DNA of 64,000 nt from Hemiscyllium ocellatum. Lineage: Eukaryota. The first letter of the stretch is position 1, and each line of letters opens with the position of its first letter. The DNA is taken from contig NC_083409.1 in assembly GCF_020745735.1 (NCBI RefSeq), positions 19,426,341 to 19,490,340 of the forward strand, in the 5' to 3' direction. Below, in pieces: positions 40,601 through 53,265 of the stretch. Under the pieces are notes generated by a model. It saw only the letters and a list, made by a program, of their open reading frames with translations. It ran no database searches and had not been told where the DNA came from. Position numbers and translations under genes: made by a program.

Positions 40601-42640
40601 AAGACCACCATTTTCAGCAAAAGACCCTCCTGTGGGTCGAGAGACAACCACGTTGGGCCATTGAGAGATCGCCATGCTAGGCTGAGAGTCCATCACGCTG
40701 GAGTGACAGTCAAGCATTCTGAGCCGAGAGGCCACCACGTTAAACTGAAAGCCCAACACGTCAGACCGAGAGTCTGCCTCACCGAGCTGGGAGGTCTCTA
40801 TGCCAGGTCAGGACTCTGCCACACCAAGTCAAGAGGCTGCAACACTGGGGCTGCACTTGTCAGACGTCTGGCAAGTGAGGCTGGGAGTCCGTGGCTGGGA
40901 GAGAAAAGAAGGGAGAACGACAAAAGAAAAACACAAAAGAAAATAAAAACCAGTGGAAGAAAAAGCAGAAAAGGAAACAGACGGAGCAGATGAACATGGT
41001 CTGAAGAGTCCTACTCTGCTGCCAACTTGGATTGCTGGGTCTCAGGCTACAGTCTGATATTGATCAGCTGGTAATTGAGCAGAACAATGACAGATGGAAT
41101 TTAATCCTGACAAGTGTAAGGTGATCCAATTTGGGAGGTCTAATAAGGGAAGGATATACACAATGAAAGTTATGTGTCTTGAGTGTCCTTATGCATGAAT
41201 CACAGAGGTTTGGTCTACAGGTACAACAAGCAATTAGGAAGGCAAATAGAATTTTGTCCTTCACTGCGAAAGGGATTCAGTTTAAAAAGCAGAGAGGTTA
41301 TGTTGCAGCTGTACAGAATGCTGGTGAGGCCACACCTGGAGTACTTTGTGCAGTTTTGGTCTCCTTACTTGAGAAAGGATGTACTGGCACTAGAAGGGGT
41401 GCAGAGAAGGTTGATTCCAGGGTTGAGGGTGTTGGCTTATGAGGAGAGACTGAGTAGACTGACATATATTCATTGAAACTTAGAAGAATGAGGGGGGGAT
41501 CTTATAGAAACATATAAAATTATGAAGAGAATAGATAAGACTGAAGTAGAGAGAATATTTCCACTGGCAGGTGAAACCTGGACAAGAGGGCATCGCCTCA
41601 AAATTAAGGGGAGCAGATTTGGGATTGAATTGAGAAGGAACTTCTTCACCCTGAGGGTCAAAATCTATGAAATTCCTTGCCCAATGAAGTAGTTGATGCT
41701 TCTTCAGTAAACATTTTTAGAGCTCAGATTTATTTTGAAAAATAAAGGAATTAAGAGATAAAATGAGAGCGCAGGTATGTGGAATTGAGTCCAGGAAAAG
41801 ATCAGCCATGATCTTATTGCACAGTGGAGCAGGCTCGAAGAGCCAGATGGTCTCATCCTGCTCCTACTTCTTATGTTCTTATGTTCCTTGGGAGTACTGA
41901 GGAACAAAGGGACCTTGGTGTACAAGTCCATCGATCCCAGAAGGTATCAGCACAGCTAGACAGGGTGGTGAAGAAGGCAAATGGGATGCTTGCCATCATT
42001 AGCCAGTGTGTAGAATATCGGAGTAAGGAAGTCTCGTTATTAATTTACAGAGCATTGATTAGGCCATATCTGGAACACTGTGTACATATCACTGTTGGAA
42101 GAACATGATTGGACTGGAGAGGGTGGAGAGGAGCTTCACCAGGATGTTGCTTGGGATGGAAAGTCTTAGTTATGAGGAGAGAGACTTGATCAACTGGTTT
42201 TGTTTCCTGTGGAGCAGATGAAACGTGGGGGGGTGGGGGGAACATGGTGGAAGGGGGTGGTGAATCTGTTTAAGGTATACAATATTCTGAGGGACATAGA
42301 CAAAGTCAATTGTGATCATCTTTTCCCCATGGCAGACATGTCTATGACCGGAGGGAATAAGCATAATGTGATGAAAAGGTGGTAGGAGAAGGGAATTGAG
42401 GAGTTTTTTTACCCCAGAGGGTGGTAGAAATATGGAATGTGCTGCTTGAGAAGGTGATGGAGGCAGCTCCTCTCACAACATTTAAGGCACATCCAGATGA
42501 GCACATAAAATGCCAGGGCATGGAAGGCTATGGACCAAGTGCAGGTAAATGGGATTAGTGCAGTTTGGCGTTTACTGATCAGAATCAACATGGTGGGCAG
42601 AAGGGCCTGTTTGTTTGCTGTATGACTCTATGACTATGAA
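37700..42640 (+). mobile_element. Mixed decayed CR1 fragments (37700-38880, 39840-40300, 41040-42640) flanking unassigned stretches
   Basis: Endonuclease and RT-region frames (37780-38037, 39826-40119, 41183-41476, 41824-42108). Confidence 0.65.
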
Positions 42641-44075
42641 GAGAAGGAGGTGGAGACATTTTTCATGTCTTTTGAGAAGATATTTAAACAAGTGAGGCGA
42701 GGAAAAACAATGGAGTTTGCCCATGCAAAATTAACTTGGGAAGCACAAGAAGTTTCCATATCTCTGCCAGAGGAACATTCTCAGGATCACGAGGTAGTGA
42801 AAAGGTGAAAAGCACATCTGCATTGATCCCAGAAATATACAGACAGATGTTTCAGAACTTACAGAAACAGCCTCCACAAACTTCTACTGAGTTTGAGAGA
42901 ATTCAGCAAAATAATGTTGACAGGTGGATAAGAGCATTAAAGGCTGAGAATACTTACAATGCTGTCGGAGAAATTATTCTCTGAGAATAATTTAAAACTT
43001 CCTTCCCTTCTTGAATCAGAATTCATGTAGAAGACTGAAGGCGAACAATAGTAAGACAAGTAGCTAGAATGGTTAATGATTATAGACTTTGTTAAAGCCA
43101 AAACCCTGCAGATGCTGGAATCCAAAGTAGACAAACAGGAGGCTGGAAGAGCACAACAAGCCAAGCAGCATCAGGAGGTGGAGAAGTCACCTGATGGGAG
43201 ACCGATCCAGAAACCTTATTCCCATCAGGCCCAGTAATGGGAGAAATATTAAAAATTGGGAGTATGTTTGGAAGGCAGGTATACAGGGGAGAGAATGGAC
43301 AGGAGGGACCTGCCCGAGAACTACTCTTCAGATTAAGAAAGAAATTGCTGAGGGTGGAAGCGATGATCAGAAGTTTAAACGATTCTCTTGGAATAAGGTG
43401 GGCCATGTGCGTATGGAATGTTGGAAGCTGTGAGGTAAGACCCAGGAGATTTATGGGAATTAGTAAAAATGAGTCAGAGGAGGGAATGCAAACAGATAAT
43501 CCCATGGAGCAGGTTGTAGCTGTAACTATAACAAAAAGGCTGGAGGTGAATTCTGTCATTAGTAAAGGAAGTTGGAAAATAGATGAGAGGTGGACAGGAT
43601 TTTTATCAAAAGGAATGGTGACTCCTTTTTCTTCAGCTAAACCCAGAATCAAACTGAGAGATACAGGGGCAAAACAATCACATTTGCTGGAGAAAGAATT
43701 GATTTTCTCTCCAGAGAGCTCGATGGATTCTAAGGTGTTCATCAATGGGATTGGTGGAGAATATATTCCACTTCCACTACATAAAGTACAACTAGAATGT
43801 GATTTGTTATCAAGTAATTGTCAGAGTGGGGAAAACATTCCCTGTTGAGGGAGTTGATTTCCTTCTGGGGAATGTTCTGTCAGGATTAAAGGCAGTATCT
43901 TCCCCGATAATTACAGAATGTCCAAAAGGAGGGCCAAGAAACAGAACAATGACAGGAACAGATTCCTGGTCTCTCTCCTTCGTGTGAGGTAACCAGGGCA
44001 ATGGTTAAACAAAATCCATCAATAAGGGTTGATGTGACATCACAGCAAGTGAAAGGATCGCTGAAACTTTCCAAA
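42640..44075 (+). mobile_element. Gypsy/Ty3 LTR-retrotransposon gag-protease remnant
   Basis: Gag-like EIYRQMFQNLQKQP...DRWIRALK; aspartic protease motif LRDTGA in 43237-43848. Confidence 0.75.
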
Positions 44076-44834
44076 AGGGTGAAAATAATCCAGGTGGAGT
44101 GTTTGGTGTGTTGTCACGAATTACAGCAGATCCAAAAAGCAGATCCCGAATGAAATAAATGAGAAGTCAGTTCATACTGAGGTCGAGACTGGAGGGGTTT
44201 CAGAATGCTATTATCTTCGGAATGCAGCACTGATGAGGAAGTGGAGACCGCACCACCCCCTCCCCTCCATGGACCCCCAGATGAAGAATGGTTGGTTAGA
44301 CATTGGCTAGTGGAACCACCCAGCTATCACAGGGAAATATTGTGAGGAGCACATCAGATTTCCATGACAGGACCATGGGGATTTGGAAATTGTCCAATTG
44401 TCCACAGGCATCCAGAATCAGGTGTTTTATTGAGCCAAAATTATATAAAGATGTGGTGCAGTTTCATACATGTATCATACTTGAACTCATCTTTACCAAT
44501 CTGCCAGCAGCAGATGCATCTGTCCACGAAAGTACCAGTAAGGGTGACCACTGCAAGTCCTTGTGAAGACCAACACCCGCCTTCACATTGAGAATAGCCT
44601 CCATCGTGTTGTGTGGCACTATCACGAGACTAACTGGGACAGACTTACAACCAATCTCACAACTCATGTCTGGGCATCCATGAGGCATTGTGGGCCATCA
44701 ACAGCAGCAGAATTGTGCTCCAGCCCCGACTCAACCAATATCATCAAACCAGGGGATCAACACGGTTCAATGGAGAATTCAGGAGGGCATACCAGGAGCA
44801 GCACCAGTCATTCATCAAGATGAGGTATTCCTGT

Positions 44835-44870
44835 ATTCCTGATGAAGGGCTTTTGCCCGAAAGGTCGATT
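44835..44870 (+). ncRNA. Minimal type I hammerhead ribozyme-like motif (ATTC-CTGATGA-A-GGGC-TTTT-GCCC-GAAA-G-GTC-GATT)
   Basis: Same core; GUC triplet; one substitution in helix III. Confidence 0.65.
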
Positions 44871-45427
44871 TTACTGCTCCTTGGATGCTGCCTGAACTGC
44901 TGCGTTTTTCCAGCACCACTTTAATCTTAACTCTGGTTTCCAGCATCTCAGTCATTGTTTTTACCAAGATGAGGTATTTACCAGGTGAAACCACCAAACA
45001 GGACTACTTGCATGGCAAGCAGCACAAGCAGCAATTGACAGACAGTATTAGACACCCCACAACCAATGGATCAGGTCTAAGCTCTGCAGCCCTGTCACAT
45101 CCAGTCATGAGTACTGGTAGATGATTAAACATCTCACTGGATGAGTGGGCTCCACAAATATCCCCATCCTCAATGATGGAAGAGTCCAACACATCAGGGC
45201 AAAAGATAAGGCTGAAGCTTTTGCAGAAATCCTCAGCCAGAAGTTCTGAGTGGATGATCCATCTTGGCCTCCTCCAGTGGTCCTCAGCATTAAAGATAAC
45301 CGTCTTCAGTCAAATCGATTCACTCCACGTGTTATCAAGAAATGGGTGGAGGCACTGGGTCCTGCAAAGGCTATGGGCCCTGACAACATTCTGGTAAAAG
45401 TACTGAAGACTTGTGCTCCAGAACTGT

Positions 45428-45736
45428 GGGCGGCACGGTGGCACAGTGGTTAGCACTGCTGCCTCACAGCGCCTGTAGACCCGGGTTCAATTCCCGACTC
45501 AGGCGACTGACTGTGTGGAGTTTGCACGTTCTCCCCGTGTCTGCGTGGGTTTCCTCCGGGTGCTCCGGTTTCCTCCCACAGTCACAAAGATGTGCGGGTC
45601 AGGTGAATTGGCCAAGCTAAATTGCCCGTAGTGTTAGGTAAAAGGGTAAATGTAGGGGTATGGGTGGGTTGCGCTTCGGCGGGTCGGTGTGGACTTGTTG
45701 GGCCGAAGGGCCTGTTTCCACACTGTAAGTCTAATC
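45428..45736 (+). mobile_element. Young V-SINE inserted into a LINE, short AACT target-site duplication
   Basis: Complete head and tail; flanks CCAGAACT ... AAAACTTG. Confidence 0.9.
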
Positions 45737-48700
45737 AAAAAAAAAACTTGTCACTTGTCTAGCCAAGCTGTTCCAGGAAAGCTATGACACTAGCATCTGC
45801 CCAACAATGTGGATAATTACCCAACTATGTCCTGTACATAAAAAGCAGGACAAATCCAAGCCAGCCAGTTACCGCCCCATCAGTCTCCTCTCAATCATCA
45901 GGAAATGGATGGAATGTGTCATTAACACCACTATCAATCAGCACCTGCTCAGCAATAACCTGCTCAGTGATGCCCAGTTTGGGTTCCATGGACAAAAGAA
46001 TTGAATTATGGATGAGCAACAAAAGCTGGCCTTGGGCAACTGGGAATAAGCAACAAATCCTGGTCAGCCAGTGATGCTCACATTAAACAAAATGAATATT
46101 TTTTTAAAAACACTTGTCAAGTTATAGGCAAACCTCAACATGTGATTGAACCAGCATCCTTAATTCCTCTCCCAGTTTTTGAGGAACCATTCAGTCGTGT
46201 ACAGGTTTGTCAAGTAGTGAGTATAATGGAGGAGGGGATGAGAAAAAGCAAGAGATCCAAAGGCAATTGGACAATTTCCAAAGTGAACTTCCTCCTATGA
46301 GGTGAACAAATTCAGAGATATTAGAGAATTCAGACACTGTATTTTTGCATCTGGAGGAAGATCAACAGAGGGACAGAGTGAGATTGCTCAGAGAATACAA
46401 AGAAGTTTGTGTGAGGAGTGGTTGGAGTTTGTCTTCGGTCTGTACTTGATGGAGTTTGGAAGGATGAGGGACAATCTCAGTGAAACATACAGTATACTGA
46501 AAGGCCTGGATAGAGTAGACATGGAGAAGATGTTTCCACTTGGCAGAGAGACTGAGGGCACAGCCTCAGAGTGAAGGGACCATCCTTTGGAACTGAGATG
46601 AGGAGGAGATTTTTCATCCAGAGAGTGGTTAATCTGTGGATTAATCATTGCTGCAGAATGCTGTGGAGGCCAAGTCATTGAGTGTATTTAAGACAGAGAT
46701 AGATGGATTCTTGATTGGTAAAGGGATCAAGGGTAATGGAGAAAAGGCAGGAGTATGGGGTTGACAAACAAATCAATTATGATCGAATGGCAGAGCAGAC
46801 GTGATGGGCTGAATGGCCTAACTCTGCACTGATACATGGTCTTTAAAAGATACACTTAATGTCCCAGATTAAATCGAACATGATGTGGATGTAGGTTATT
46901 CAGACCCAATAAAACAAAATCCGTTTTGATTTAAACCAGAGAAACAAGTCAAAGTAACAAATGAAGCACAATATTTGTTGGAGAATCAATTGATTGAACT
47001 GTCAGAGTAATTGGAGTTCTCTTGTGTAGGATTGAGCAAAAGTCACTATCATCTAAAACCCTGGATTTTTTTGTAAAAATTGGCTGCCTGGAACTATTGT
47101 TCTGCCTGGAATTCCAGTTCGCACCTCAACTCTGAAAGGGACAGCAACCAGAACACATTCTCTTGACTGAAACTAACTTTTACAACCTCGGCCTACTAAC
47201 ACACACTACCAACAAGCAGCTTTAGAACCAAGAACAACAGAGGCCGAACAGAGAAGCTGAATCCAGACATCAAACCAAGAGCATCATCATAACAAAGGAC
47301 ACCCGAGAGCAGGAACACCAACCAAACGCTATCTGAACAAGAGCTTCCAGACACAGGCCTGTTCTGAATAAACACAGAGATTCTTTTGCCCTGAAACACC
47401 TGTCTACTGCCTTCTTAATTTCACAGTTTTAAATCAGCCCATTTGCAGAACCAGGGATCTGGGAATGATTCAAACCACCTAAAAATCAGCAAATTACTGA
47501 TCACAAACAAGAGAGGGTCCCCTGATTGAACTGTTAAGAGTAGTTGGAGTTCTCTTGTTTGGTGACTCAGCCAGATGTTTCAATTCGATTCTGTGTACAC
47601 TATAGGAAAGTGAATGTAGTCACAAAGATGGATTTGTATCCTATTCCCAGGTCAGAAGATTGCATTGAAATGGTGGGTAGTGCATCATTCCTATTGAAAA
47701 TTGATTTGATGAAAGTAAATTGACAAGTATCGCTGACAAGAGGCAAGGAAAATTCTGCCTTTGCTGCATTCTGGATCTTTGTACACAAAGGAAAACTCAA
47801 ATACATTTGAAACATGTCGGGACGACAGGGTATAGACTGAGGGCAGAACTGAAGAAAATTAGCTTTATTCGGGAAATGGTTTTGGAAAATTTATGGGATT
47901 AAAGTTTGATAAATCCGCAGGAACCAATAACCTACATTTCAGATTACTTCAGGAATTGCCCAAAAAACTTTGGGAGCATTGGTGTTCAAGATTCTATTGA
48001 TTCTGGAACTTTCCCAGTGACTGGAGAGTTGCGAATGTAACATCACTGTTTAAAATGGGAGGGAGAGAGAAAAGTGGGCAACCTGGACCAGTCAGCCTGA
48101 CATTGGTACTGGGAAAAATACTCAAGTTCGTTGTGAAAGATTTAATCACTGAGCACGTGGAAGACAGTGATAGGATTAGACAGAGTCAGCATGGTTTGTG
48201 AAAGGGAAATCATGCTTAACAAATTGACTGGAATTGTTCGAGATTGTAATGAGCGGATTTGACAAGGGGGAGCCAACGGATGTGGTTTATCTGGAACCTT
48301 CAGAAGGCTTTTATTCAGTCCCACAGTAGAAATGAGCGTATAAAAGTAAGACTCATGTGACTGGGGGCAGTGTACTGACATGAATAGAGAACTGGTTGGC
48401 AGGCTGGAAACAAAGAGTTTCTGAAAGGGTACCACAGGCCTGGATCCTGCTAGTCATATATTTGTTCATGGTTTAGATGAGGGAACTTAAGAGTAATATC
48501 TCCAAGTTTGCAGATGACACAAAGCTGGATGGGAGAGGGAGCTGTGAAGAAGATGCAGAGATGCCTGTGTCCGTGTATACCAGTCACTGAAAGTCAGCGT
48601 GCAGGTGCAGCAGGCAGTGCAGAAGGTAAATGATATGGTACCTTTATAGTGAGAGGATTTGAGTACAGGATCAGGGATGTCTTGCTGTAATTGTATGGGG

Positions 48701-51049
48701 CCTTAGTGAGTCCACACCTGGAATATTCAAACCAAAACTGGTTCAGTGACAGGAGACAGAGGGTGGAGGCAGAAATTTGTTTATGTGACTGGGCCCAGTG
48801 TGCAGTGGGATACCACAGGGATCAGTGCTGGGTCCCTTATTGTTCAGGATGTATTGAAACAATGAAGATGAAAATGTGAGAGGTGAGGGGTGGGGTGAGT
48901 GGATGGTGACTGAGTTTGTGGATTCAATGAGGTTTGGCAGATGGTTGACAGTGAGGAAGAAGGTCTTAGGTTACAGGAGGATCTAACTGGATTGGTCAGA
49001 GGGGAAGATGGAACTTACCCCTGATAAATGTGAGGTGATGAACTTTGGACGATGTAACAGGTGAATAAAGTATTAATGAAGTCATATGGGAAACTTGCCT
49101 TTATCATTTCAGGTACAGATGAGAAGATCAGGGAAGATATGTTGGAGGTATACAGAATTTTTGTTAGGCCACAGCTGGAGTACTGTGTGCAGTTCTGGTC
49201 ACCACGCAATCGGAAGGATGGGATTGTACTGGAGGGGGTGCAGAGAATAGTCACCAGGATGTTGCTTGGGATGAAGCATTTCAGCGATGAAGAGAGGCTG
49301 GATAAACTCGGGTTGTTATCTTTGAAGCAGAGAAGGTTGTGAGGACCTGATAGAGGTGTAAACGGGTATGAGGGGAATAGACAGAATGAATAGAAAACAG
49401 TTGTTCCTCTTCTTCGGAGTTGGCACACATTCATTGTGAAAGACAGGAGCTTCAGAGGGGATTTGAAGAGGAGGGTGTTGGGGGTCTGGTTTGCACTGTC
49501 TGGGCTGGTAGTTGAGGAGGACTTTAAAAATTAATTGGATTAACCCTTGAAATATCATAACATTTAAAGCAATGGGCCTTGTGTTGGAAAGTTGGATGAA
49601 TGCAGGTTTACTGTAGTTTGGATGGTACAGGTACAATGGGTCGAAGGGCCTCTTCTGTACTGTGCGATTTATGATTGTATTGTGTGCAGTTTTGGTCTCC
49701 TTATCTGAGGAAGGATGTTCTGGCTGTGGAGGGAGGGCAGTGAAGATTTACCAGACTGATTCCTGGGATGACAGCACTTAGATCTGATGAGAAACTGGAT
49801 CAGTTAGGATTATATTCACTGTAAGGTAGAAGATTATGGGGAGTCACACTGAAAACTCTAAAAACCTAACAGGACAAGGCAGGATGTTCCTGATGATGAG
49901 GGAGTCCAGAATCAAGAATTAAAGTTTAAGGATACGGAAAAGGACATTTAGGGCTGAGATGGAGAGAAATGTTTTCATTCTACAGGAAGCCTGTAGAGGT
50001 TTCTGTCACTGAAAGCAGTTCAGCTCAAACCACTGAATGTTTTCCAGAAAGGGCACGATACAGTTCTTAGATCAAAGGGATCAAAGGTTATGGGGATGAA
50101 GCAGGAACAGGCAACTGAGTTGGATGATCAGCCATGATCAGATTGAATGGCAGAACAGGCTCGAAGGGTTGAATGGCCTATTCCTGCTCCGGGTTTCACT
50201 GTTTGAGAGATTGTTCATCAACGTGGAAACATATTGAATGAGAGAAAAACATTTGCCTTGGGTTAGGAATTAGTTTGGAGATAGGAGACAGAGTGAGGGA
50301 ATAATGTGTGTGTCCTCCAATGAGCAAGAGATGAATAGTGGTGTGCCCAGGGATCCATCCTGTGGCTTTAGCATTTCACAGTATTTCTTCATGTCTTGGA
50401 TGAAGGAATAGAAAGTCAGATATCCAAGATTGCTGACCACACTGAGTGAGGCAGTTAGGAGGAGGTTACAGAGATGGGGAGGGTGGATGGACAAGGAGGG
50501 ACTTCAGAACAAGGACGATAATTTGAAAATCGAGGTGTTGGTTTGAACTGGGAGCCAATGTCGCTCAGTGAGGATGGTGGGGGATGGGGATGGGATTTGT
50601 TGCGAGTTCGGATAAGGGCAGCAGAGTTTGGGGTGAACTGAAGTTTACGGAGGGCAGTGGCTGAGATGTGGCCCAGGACAACATGAGAATGATCACGTTT
50701 GGAGTCCCAAAGCAACGGCTGGGACTTTCAGTGAGTGATCTCTGTGCTGTGGAGGGTTTGGGGCTCAGATCAGTCTCAAAGATGAGGCCAGGATTGTAAG
50801 GAACCTGGTACTAAATAAAAGCTGAAAAAAGCTGCAGTTGCTGCAAATGAGAAACAAATACAGAAATTGCTGGAAAAGCTCGGCAGGTCTGGCACCATCT
50901 GTGGAGAGAAAGCAGAGTTAACATTTTGGGACAAGTGAACCTTCTCAGAACTGTTCTGAGGAAGGGTCACTTGACCTGAAAGGTTAACTCTGATTTCTTT
51001 CCCCAGATGCTGCCAGACCTGCTGAGGTATTCTGTTTTTGTGAAGAGTC

Positions 51050-51375
51050 TGGTTGAGCAGCAGACAGTGCTCAGGGAGAGGGATGGAGTTTGTACTGAGA
51101 GCTGAAGAGGATGGCTTTGATCTTCCCAATGTGTTTCCCAGTGCGCCTGGCTCCTCAGTCCTGACTGCTCTTAGCTGCTGTGATTGTCACTGATTGGACA
51201 CTTATTATTAGAGATTCTGACCACAGCAGAAAGCCCCAGTGTGAAAAATAACTGCAAAGACTGTCAGATCACAAGGTTGAAACTTCACCAAGAGAGGAAG
51301 TGAAAGACGGAGCTCGGAGCAGCTGGGTGTTTGTTACTGAGACGGGAGAAAACTGTGAACCGTCTGCACTCCCTG
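51050..51375 (+). promoter_or_regulatory. Candidate enhancer module, copy 3 (GGAAGTGAAA 51296-51305; CAGCTG 51320-51325)
   Basis: Inverted copy of 10965-11300, about 4.5 kb upstream of the right V leader. Confidence 0.5.
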
Positions 51376-52914
51376 GAATCTGACAGCACATAAGAACATT
51401 AAAACCAGGAGCAGGAGCAGGCTCTCTGGCCTCTTGGGCTGCTCTGCCATTCTGTAAGATCATGGCTGATCTTTTCATGGCCTCAGCTCCCCCTTACCCA
51501 CCTTTTCCCCAAAACCCTTGATTCGTTTATTGTTCAAAAAATTACCTAAATCAGCTTTAAAAACAATGACTGAGGAAACCTCAACCACTTCGCTGGGCAG
51601 GGAATTCCATAGATTCACAACCTTCTGGGTGAAGAAGTTCCTTCTCTATTTAGTCCTAAATCTGCTCCCCCCCTCCCCCAGCACAGGAGGAGGCCATTCA
51701 GCCCATGGTGTCTGTGAGTGATCCAATTAGTCCCACTGCCCCCTCTCTCCCCATAACCCAGTAAATCTTTCCTTTTCAGTTCAATCTCCAGTTGCCTCTT
51801 GTCGACTTAGGTCCACAGCAGAGACTGTCCCTAATCTGGGCTCCAAGTTGGCATCTCATTCATTCATTGGGAGGCAAACTGCCTGGGCTGGGAAATGGAC
51901 TCAGGACCCTGAACATTCTCTCTCCCCTCCTGAGGGACATTTGATGCTGAGGTTTAATTCTATGGAACTTTACAATATATGCCTACCATACACACTTCTC
52001 CATTCTATGTGTAAAAGGCTGGAGCCAGCCAGCAGGATATTCAACTGCAGGAGCCGTCATCAATTTGACCAATTCTGACCACACCCACTCTCCGTAACCT
52101 TTCAACTAATTACTAATATCAAATCTGTCCATCTCCTCCTTGGTGTGAGACAGGGAAGGGGCCATTTCATTCCAGACTATTTGGAATTTATGGAGCACAG
52201 ATGGAGTAAGCTGAGAGAGGACATCAGAATGATGGAGTTTGGAGGTGAGATGAGCAGGAATAAGAGTTTCTGTGGTCAAGGGGCTGATGTAGTGCAGAGA
52301 CAAACAATGTAGCGGAGATTGAAATAAAAGACTTATGTGATGGAGAGGATGTGGGGTTTGAAGCTCCAATACTGGAGGGTCCAGTGGGAAAGAAGCTCAG
52401 GCTTACTGCTGTCCATTGGACATTCCAGTGGGATGGAGGCCCATGTTTCCTGATCTATGTTGGAGCTTCCAATTGAGTCCCATGGAATTGGAATGTTGGC
52501 ATTTCTTGCAGCAATTGGAATCTTGGTATTTATTATAAAAAGGACTGGATTACAGAATTAAAGAAATATTGTTACAATTAGTGAGACCACATCTGAAGCA
52601 TTGTGTTCAGTTTTGGTCTCCTTACTTGGTGAAGGATATGGTGGCACTGGATGCAGTTCAGAGGATGTTCACCAGACTGATTCCCGGGATGAAAGCGCTG
52701 CCATATGAGGAATGGCTGAATAGCTAGGGCTTGTACTCACTGGAATTCAGTCGTATGAAGGGGGGATCTGAGTGAAGTATATAAGATGCTCAATGGGATT
52801 GATAGGGCAGGCATGGAACAGATGTACTCTCTTGTGGGCCAGTCTCGAAAAATAGGTCATAGATATAGAGTGAGAGGAGGTATGTTTAAAACTGAGATGA
52901 GGAGAAACTACAGG

Positions 52915-53265
52915 TGGCACAGTGGTGCAGTTTTGAGCACTGTTGCCTCACAGTGCAAGGGACCCAAGTTCGCTTCCACCCTCGGGCAATTGTATGGAGT
53001 TTGCACATTCTCCCCTGTCTGTGTGGATTTCATCTGTGTGCTTCAATTTCCTCCCACAGTCTAATGATGTACATATTCGGAGGATTGGCCATGCTAATTT
53101 ACCCATAGTGTCCAGGAAAGTGTAGGTTAGACTTATTTGTCATGGGAAATGTAGGGTTATAGGGAAAGGGTTCAGGAATGGCTCTGGGTGGAATGCTCTT
53201 TGAAGGGTCGGTGTGGACTTGTTGGGCTGAATGGCCTGGTTCTATACTGTATGGAATCTGTTCCA
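52915..53265 (+). mobile_element. Old V-SINE shared by both arms (mirror about 6850-7160)
   Basis: Degenerate SINE head and core at mirrored positions. Confidence 0.75.

Noticed and set aside
45441-45447. CACAGTG in the head of young V-SINEs as cryptic RSS
   Set aside because: It is part of the tRNA-derived A-box region and has no nonamer at either spacing.
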